DNA from: the human T2T-CHM13v2.0 reference genome, Homo sapiens
Assembly (NCBI RefSeq): GCF_009914755.1
Contig: NC_060925.1
DNA: 64,000 bases
Direction: 5' to 3' (one strand)
Below the pieces are notes generated by a model, which ran no database searches, was not told the DNA's origin, and was given only the letters and a program-made list of their open reading frames with translations. Below are positions 56,141 to 64,000 of this stretch, piece by piece. The position numbers were made by a program, and so were the translations under genes. Numbering within the stretch: position 1 is the first letter of the stretch; each line of letters starts with the position of its first letter.

Positions 56141-57159
56141 GTTTCTAAGCTTTTTATTTTTTAGTTAAAAATTTTTGTTTTGTTCACCTTCTATTTATAT
56201 GAACACATCCTGTATCTTTTTTATCCATTATTTTGTTCTGGTTTAGTCTTAATTACTGAAATTATATTTTATTTCACATCTAATTCTTTTCTGAGTTCTA
56301 TGTCATATTTGCTTAGGTATCTGATGATCCCATATGTTGTTCTTTCAATGCTTCCATTTCTTAATATATTTCTAGCACATTTTGAAATGTTAGTTTGCAG
56401 TTTTCATCTGTTTTGTAGACATGACTCTTAGGAGCGCTTTTGTTGTCTGACAGGATGTTATTCTCCTCTTTATTCCCTTTAAAAAATTATAACTTTTGAT
56501 GAGATTGGACCACAATTATTGTTTATGACTCATCTTAAGTGAAATGAGTTTCTCTGTATTTTCAGGATGATGGAATTGGCCAAGATAGCTTTTCAAACAT
56601 CATGACTCAAAAGCTTCCTTTCCTGTTGTTTGCACAAAGTAATTAATACACAGTTTTCTACTTTCTGAGGTCTTCTTCCCCTATACCACTACCTCTTTTT
56701 TTTCCTCCTGTTTCTTTGTTCTGTTGTATTTGAATAGACTCTTAAGGGTTTCTCTTAGCTGCTGGGCTTTATCTTGAATGGATACTTTAGTTTGTTAGTT
56801 TTAAGAGCTTATACAGTCTGAACTGATTCAGCTTCTTCATACTTTACTGTGTACTCCTTGCCCTTCCTCTGCAACTGGAAACTCTCTCAGGTCAGCTTCT
56901 GTTCTCAAATTAGTCCATAGCCCTTTCTAGTGAGTAAGTATTGGGGATTTTGGAGATCTCATGTGCTCATGTCCATCAGACATCTTATTTTCCTTTCAGA
57001 CATCCTATTTTGCCTTCTCTTTTTAGATGCTGATGGCATACAGGCTTCATAGTTATCGATTTTACCTCTCTCTCTATCGCTTTTATTTTGTATTTTCTGG
57101 TTTCTGTCAATTCTTGTCATTTGGTTTTGTGGTAGGTTCATCCATGGGCACTTGTTTAG

Positions 57160-57460
57160 CTATGTGTGGTAGGCAGAATAATGAACATCCTCACCAAAGA
57201 TATCCCCATTCTAATCCCCACAGCCTGTGAATATGTTACATAAGGGGCTTTGCAGACATAATTAAGGTAAGGGTCTCGAATAGGGAGATTATACTGGATT
57301 ATCTGGGTGGGCTGATTGTAATTGCAAGGATACTTATAAGTGAAAAACGAAGGCAGAAGAGCCAGAGAAGGAAATGTGATGGTGGAGGCAGAGTCGGAGT
57401 GATGCATTGTGAAGAAGACTTGCCTAGGCATGGCTGGCTGTGGAGATGGTGCAAGGGGAT
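57160..57460 (+). mobile_element. MaLR LTR (MLT1D-like), partial
   Basis: tgtggtaggcagaataatg...ctaatcccc...ctgtgaatatgttac...gggagattatactggattatctgggtgggc. Confidence 0.85.
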
Positions 57461-57531
57461 TTACTGAGTGCAAAGTGAAGAGAGGCTTGAGTCTTTGAAA
57501 TTTGCTTAATCTACATTATTCTACTACACTG

Positions 57532-57975
57532 GTATATAAGCTTCCTGTGGCTGCTGCTGCTTCAGCAAAAAATCACAAACTTGTTGGTTTAAAATAACAA
57601 ATTTATTTTCTCACAGTTCTGGAGGCGGTAAGTCGAAATCCAGATGTTGGCAGGACGATGTTCCTTCCAAAGACTTTGGGAGAAAATCCTTCCATGTCTT
57701 TTCCAATTTCTGATGGCTCCAGTTGTTCTTTAACTTGTGGTTGCAAAACTTCAGTTTCTACCATGATATTTATGTTACCTTCTTCTCTCTGTCTGTGTTT
57801 TCTTCTCTTCTGTTTCTTATAAGGACACTTTGTCATTGGATTTAGGGCCTACCTGGATAATCTAAAATGATCTCATCTTAAAACCCTTATTTAAGTATAT
57901 CTGAAAAAATCATTTTTCCCCAAATAAACTTACATTCACAGATTAGATAGGTTAGAATATGGACATAGCCCTTAT
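57532..57975 (-). mobile_element. MaLR LTR (MLT1B/C-like)
   Basis: atttattttctcacagttctggaggc...cttataaggacact...cattggatttagggcc. Confidence 0.85.
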
Positions 57976-59334
57976 ATCTTCTTTTTATTATTATACTTTA
58001 AGTTCTGGGGTACATGTGCAGAATGTGCAGTTTTGTTACATAGGCATACACGTGTCATGATGGTTTGCTGCACCCATCAACCCGTCACCTACATTAGCTA
58101 TTTCTTCTAATGCTATCACTCCGCTAGCCCCCAATCCAACAGGCCCCAGTGTGTGATGTTCCCCTCCCTGTGTCTATGTGTTCTAATTGTTCAATTCCCA
58201 CTTATGAATGAGAATTTGTGGTGTTTGGTTTTCTGTTCTTGTGTTAGTTTGCTGAGAATGATGGTTTCCAGCTTCATTCGTGTCCCTGCAAAGGACGTGA
58301 ACTCATCCTTTTTTATGGCTGCATGGTATTCCATGGTGTATATATGCCACATTTTCTTTATCCAGTCTATCACTGATGGATGTTTGGGTTGGTTCCAAGT
58401 CTTTGCTATTATCAATAGTGCCTCAATAAACATATGTGTGCATATGTCTTTATAGGAGAATGATTTATAATCCTTTGGGTATATACCCAGTATTGGGATT
58501 GCTGGGTCAAATGGTATTTCTAGTTCTAGATCCTCGAGGAATCACCACACTGTCTTCCACAATGGTTGAACTATTTTACACTCCCACCAACAGTGTAAAA
58601 GCATTCCTATTTCTCCATGTCCTTTCCAGCATCTGTTGTTTCCTGACTTTTTAATGATTGCCATTCTAACTGACATGAGATGGTATCTCATTGTGGTTTT
58701 GATTTGCCTTTCTCTAATGACCAGGGATGATGAGCTTTTTTTCATATATTTGTTGGCTGCCTAAGTGTCTTCTTTGAGAAGTGTTTGTTCATATCCTTCA
58801 CTCACTTTTTGATGGGGTTGTTTGTTTTTTCCTTGTAAGTTGTTTAAGTTTTTGGAGAATCTGGATATTAGCCCTTTGTCAGATAGATAGATGGCAAAAT
58901 TTTTCTCCCATTCTCTAGGTTGCCTGTTCACTCTGATGATAGTTTCTTTTGCTGTGCAGAAACTGTCTAGTTTGGTTAGATCTCATTTGTCAATTTTGGC
59001 TTTTGTTGCCATTGTTTTTGGTGTTTTAGACATGAAGTCTTTGCCCATGACTATGTCCTGAATGGTATTGCCTAGGTTTTCTTCTAGGCTTTTTATGGTT
59101 ATAGGTCTTACATTTAAGTCTTTAATCCATCTTGAGTTAGTTTTTGTATAAGGTGAAAGGAAGGGGCCCAGTTTCAGTTTTCTGCATATGGCTAGCCAGT
59201 TTTCCCAACACCATTTATTAAATAGGGAACCCTCTCCCCATTGCTTGTTTTTGTCAGGTTTGTCAAAGATCAGATGGTTGTAGATGTGTGGTGTTATTTC
59301 TGAGGCCTCTGTTCTGTTCCACTGGTCTATATCT

Positions 59335-59410
59335 CTGTTTTGGTACCAGTACCATCCTGTTTTGGTACCAGTACCATCCTGTTTTGGTACCAGTACCATC
59401 CTGTTTTGGT
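59335..59410. repeat. 22-bp unit triplicated within L1 ORF2
   Basis: ctgttttggtaccagtaccatc x3, then ctgttttggt. Confidence 0.95.
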
Positions 59411-60375
59411 TACTGTAGCCTTGTAGTATAGTTTGAAGTCAGGTAGTGTGATGCCTCCAGCTTTGTTCTTTTTGCTTAGGCTTGTCTTTGCTATGTGGGT
59501 TCTTTTTTGGTTCCATATGAAGTTTAAAGTAGATTTTTCCAATTCTATGAAGAAAGTCAATGGTAGCTTGATGGGGATAGCATTGAATCTATAAATTACT
59601 TTGGGCAGTATGGCCATTTTCATGATATTGATTCTTCCTATCCATTAGCATGGAATGTTTTTCCATTTATTTGTGTCCTCTCTTATTTCCTTGAGCAGTG
59701 GTTTGTAGTTCTCCTTGAAGAGGTCTTTCACATCCCTTGTAAGTTGAATTCCTAGGTATTTTATTCTCTTTGTAGCAATTGTGAATAGGAATTCACTCAT
59801 GATTTGACTCTCTGTTTGTCTGTTATTGGTGTATAGGAATGTTTGTGATTTTTGCACATTGACTTTGTATCCTGAGACTTTGCTGAAATTGCTTATCAGC
59901 TTAAGGAGATTTTGGGCTGAGATGATGGGGTTTTCTAAATATACACTCATGTCATCTGCAAACAGAGACAATTTGACTTCCTCTTTCCTATTTGAATACC
60001 CTTTATTTCTTTCTCTTGCCTGATTGCCCTGGCCAGAACTTCCAATACTATGTTGAATAGGAGTGGTGAGAGAGGGCATCCTTGTCTTGTGCTGGTTTTC
60101 AAAGGGAATGCTTCCAGTTTTTGCCCATTTAGTCTGATATTGGCTGTGGGTTTGTCATAAATATCTCTTATTATTTTGAGATACATTCCATTAATACCTA
60201 GTTTATTGAGAGTTTTTAGCATGAAAGGCTGTTGAATTTTGTGGAAGGCCTTTTCTGCATCTATTGAGATAATCATGTGGTTTTTTTCATTGGTTGTGTT
60301 TATCTGATGGAATTCGTTTATTGATTTGCATATGTCAAACACCAGCCTTGCATCCCAGGTATGAAGCCAAATTGA

Positions 60376-60600
<225 letters not shown>

Positions 60601-61005
60601 GCTTTTTAACATGCTGCTGGATTTGGTTTGCCGGTATTTTATTGAGGATTTTCACATCGATGTTCATCAGGGATATTGGCCTGAAATTTTCTTTTTTGTT
60701 GTGTCTCTGCCAGGTTTTGGTATCAGGATGATGCTGGCCTCATAAAATGAGTTAGGGGGGAATTCCTTTTTTTTCTATTGTTAGGAGTAGTTTCAGAAGA
60801 AATGGTACTAGCTCCTCTTTGTACCTCTGGTAGAATTCAGCTGTGAATCCGTCTGGTCCTGGACATTTTTTGGTTGGTTGGCTATTAATTACTGCCTCAA
60901 TTTCAGAACTTGTTATTGGTCTATTCAGGGATTCGACTTCTTCCTGGTTTAGACTTAGGAGGGTATATGTGTCCAGGAATTTATCCATTTCTTCTAGATT
61001 TTCTA

Positions 61006-61137
<132 letters not shown>

Positions 61138-61533
61138 CTATTTTGTTGATCTTTAAAAAAAAAACTAGCTCCTGGATTCATTGATTTTTTGAACGGTTTT
61201 TTGTGTCTCTGTCTCCTTTAGTTCTGCTCTAATCTTTGTTATTTCTTGCCCTCTGCTAGCTTTTGAATTTGTTTGCTTTTGTTTCTCTAGTTCTTTTTTG
61301 ATGTTAGGGTGTCAATTTTAGATGTTTTCTGCTTTCTTTTGTGGGCATTTAGTGCTATAAATTTCCCTCTACATGGTGCTTTAAATGTGTCACAGAGATT
61401 CTGGTATGTTGTGTCTTTGTTCTCATTGGTTTCAAAGAACATCTTTATTTCTGCCTTCTTGTTATTTACCCAGTAGTCACTCAGGAGCAGGTTGTTCAGT
61501 TTCCATGTAGTTGTGTGGTTTTGAGTGTTTCTT

Positions 61534-61824
61534 TTTTCTTTCTTTCTTTCTTTCTTTCTTTTTTTTTTTTTGACGGAGTCTCCCTCTGTCTCCCAGGCTG
61601 GAGTTCAGAGGCGCGATCTTGGCTCACTGCAAGCTCCAAGCTGCGCCTCCCGGGTTCACGCTATTCTCCTGCCTCAGCCTCCCGAGTAGCTGGGACTACA
61701 GGTGCCCTCCACCATGCCTGGCTAATTTCTTGTATTTTTAGCAGAGATGGGGTTTCACCGTGTTTGCCAGGAGGGTCTGGATCTCCTGACCTCATGATCC
61801 ATCCGCCTCAGCCTCCCAAAGTGC
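61534..61824 (-). mobile_element. AluY-like, slightly 5'-truncated, (TTTC)n tail
   Basis: gcaagctcc...cgggttcacgc diagnostic-type bases. TSD-like gtgtttctt on both sides. Confidence 0.92.
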
Positions 61825-64000
61825 GAGTGTGTTTCTTAATCCTGAGTTCTAATTTGATTGCACTGTGGTCTGAGAGACTGTTACGATTTTCGTTCTTTTG
61901 CATTTGCTGAGGAGTGTTTTACTTCCAGTTATGTGGTCAATTTTAGAATAAGTGTGATGAGTTGCTGAGAATAATGTATATTCTTTTGATTTGGGGTGGA
62001 GAGTTCTGTAGATATCCCTTAGGTCCACTTGGTCCAGAGCTGAGTTCAAGTTCTGAATATTCTTGTTAATTTTCTGTCTTGTTGATCTGTCTACTATTGA
62101 CAGTGGGTTGCTAAAGTGTCCCACTATTGTTGTGTGGGAGTATAAGTCTCTTTGTAGGTCTCTAAGAACTTGCTTTATGAATCTGGGTGCTCCTGTATTG
62201 GATGCATATGTATTTAGGATAGTTAGCTCTTCTTGTTGCATTGATCCCTTTACTATTATGTAATGCCCTTTTTTGTCTCTTTTGATCTTTGTTGGTTTAA
62301 AGTCTGTTTTATCAGAGACTAGGATTGCAACCCCTGCTTTTTTTTTTGTTTTCCATTTGCTTGGTAACTATTTCTCCATTCCTTTATTTCGAGCCTATGT
62401 GTGTCTTTGCACATGAGATGGGTCTCCTGAATATAGCACACCGATGGGGCTTGACTCTATTCCAGTTTTCCAGTCTGTGTCTTTTAATTGGGGCATTTAG
62501 CCCATTTACATTTAAGGTTAATATTGTTATGTGTGAATTTAATCCTGCCATTATGATGCTAGCTGGTTATTTTGCCCGTTAGTTGATGTAGTTTCTTCAT
62601 AGTGTCAATGGTCTTTACAATTTGGTATATTTTTGCAGTGGCTGGTACTGGTTGTTCCTTTCCATGTTTAGTGCTTCCTTCAGGAGCTCTTGTAAGGCAG
62701 GCCTGGTGGTGACAAAATCTCTCAGCATTTGCTTGTCTGTAAAAGATTTTATTTCTCCTTCACTTATGAAACTTAGTTTGACTGGATATGAAAATCTGGG
62801 TTGAAAATTCTTTCTTTCAGAATGTTGAATATTGGCCCCCACTCTCTTCTGGCTTGTAGGGTTTCTGCAGAGAGATCTGCTGTTAGTCTGATGGGCTTCC
62901 CTTTGTGGGTAATCTGGCATTTCTCTCTGGCTGCCCTTAACATTTTTTCCTTCATTTCAATCTTGGTGAATCTGACGATTGTGTGTCTTGGGGTTGCTCT
63001 TCTCAAGGAGTATCTTTGTGGTGTTCTCTGTATTTCCTGAATTTGAATGTTGGCCTGTCTCCCTAGGTCGGGGAAGTTCTCCTGGATAATATACTCGAAT
63101 GTTTTCCAACTTGGTTCCATTCTCCCTGTCACTTTCAGGTACAACAATCAAATGTAGATGTGGTCTTTTCATATAGTCCCATATTTATTGGAAGCTTTGT
63201 TTGTTTCCTTTCATTCTTTTTTCTCTAATCTGGTCTTCTTGCTCTATTTCATTAAGTTTATCTTCAATCTCTGATACCCTTTCTTCTGCTTGATCGATTT
63301 GGCTATTGATACTTGTGTATGCTTCATAAAGTTTTCATGCTGTGTTTTTCAGCTACATCAGGTCATTTATGTTCTTCTCTAAACTGGTTATTCTAGTTAG
63401 CAATTTGTCTAACCTTTTTTCAAAGTTCTTAGCTTCCTTGCATTGCGTTAGAATGTGCTCCTTTAGCTCGGAGAAGTTTGTTATTACCCACCTTCTGAAG
63501 CCTACTTCTGTCAACTTGTCAAACTCATTCTCTGTCCAGTTTTGTTCCCTTGCTGGCGAAGAGTTGTGATCCTTTGGAGGAGAAGAGGTGTTCTGGTTTT
63601 TTGAATTTTCAGCCTTTTTCTGCTGGTTTCTCCCCATCTTCATGGATTTATCTACCTTGGTCTTTGACGTTGGTGACTTTTGGATGGGGTCTCTGAGTGG
63701 ACATGCTATTCCTTTCTGCTTGTTAGTTTTCCTTCTAACAGTCAGGCTCTTCTGCTGCAGGTCTGCTGGAGTTTGCTGGAGGTCCACTCCAGATCCTGTT
63801 TGCCTGGGTATCACCAATGGAGGCTGCAGATTACTGCCTGATCTTTCCTCTGGAAGTTTCTTCCCAGAGGGGCACCTGCCAGGTGCCAGCCAGAGCTTTC
63901 CTGTATGAGGTGTCTGTCAACCCCTACTGGGAGGTGTCTCTCAGTCAGGATACACAGGGGTCAGGGTCAGGGACCCACTTGAGGAGGCAGTCTGACCCTT

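Noticed and set aside
56150-57140. Possible HAL1 or other ancient LINE remnant
   Set aside because: T-rich LINE-like texture, but I could not match diagnostic motifs with enough confidence to call it.

Overview
Primate (hominid) nuclear genomic DNA, most likely human or African great ape, judging by an SVA element and L1PA/Alu content. It is dominated by interspersed repeats: several L1 generations (mostly on the - strand), Alu, one SVA, MaLR/ERVL LTRs, hAT DNA-transposon relics (MER1A, MER63, MER81), L2 and MIR. I see no intact host protein-coding gene, RNA gene or CRISPR array. Nearly all long ORFs are broken L1 ORF1/ORF2 fragments or Alu/SVA read-through. The most unusual element is a decayed but largely single-frame Ty3/Gypsy-type integrase core at about 31865-32551 (-), a lineage that is ancient and extinct in mammals. 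The window also records several retrotransposition and repair events: a TSD-flanked L1 3' transduction (34838-35778), an inverted duplication that copies a chimeric L1/L1 junction and ends at a fold-back hairpin (49827-52252), a prematurely polyadenylated SVA, a 33-bp TSD-flanked micro-insertion and a 47-bp templated duplication. Repeat subfamily names are by-eye recognitions and need RepeatMasker/Dfam confirmation. Boundaries without a stated TSD are approximate. No functional novel system can be demonstrated from sequence alone.
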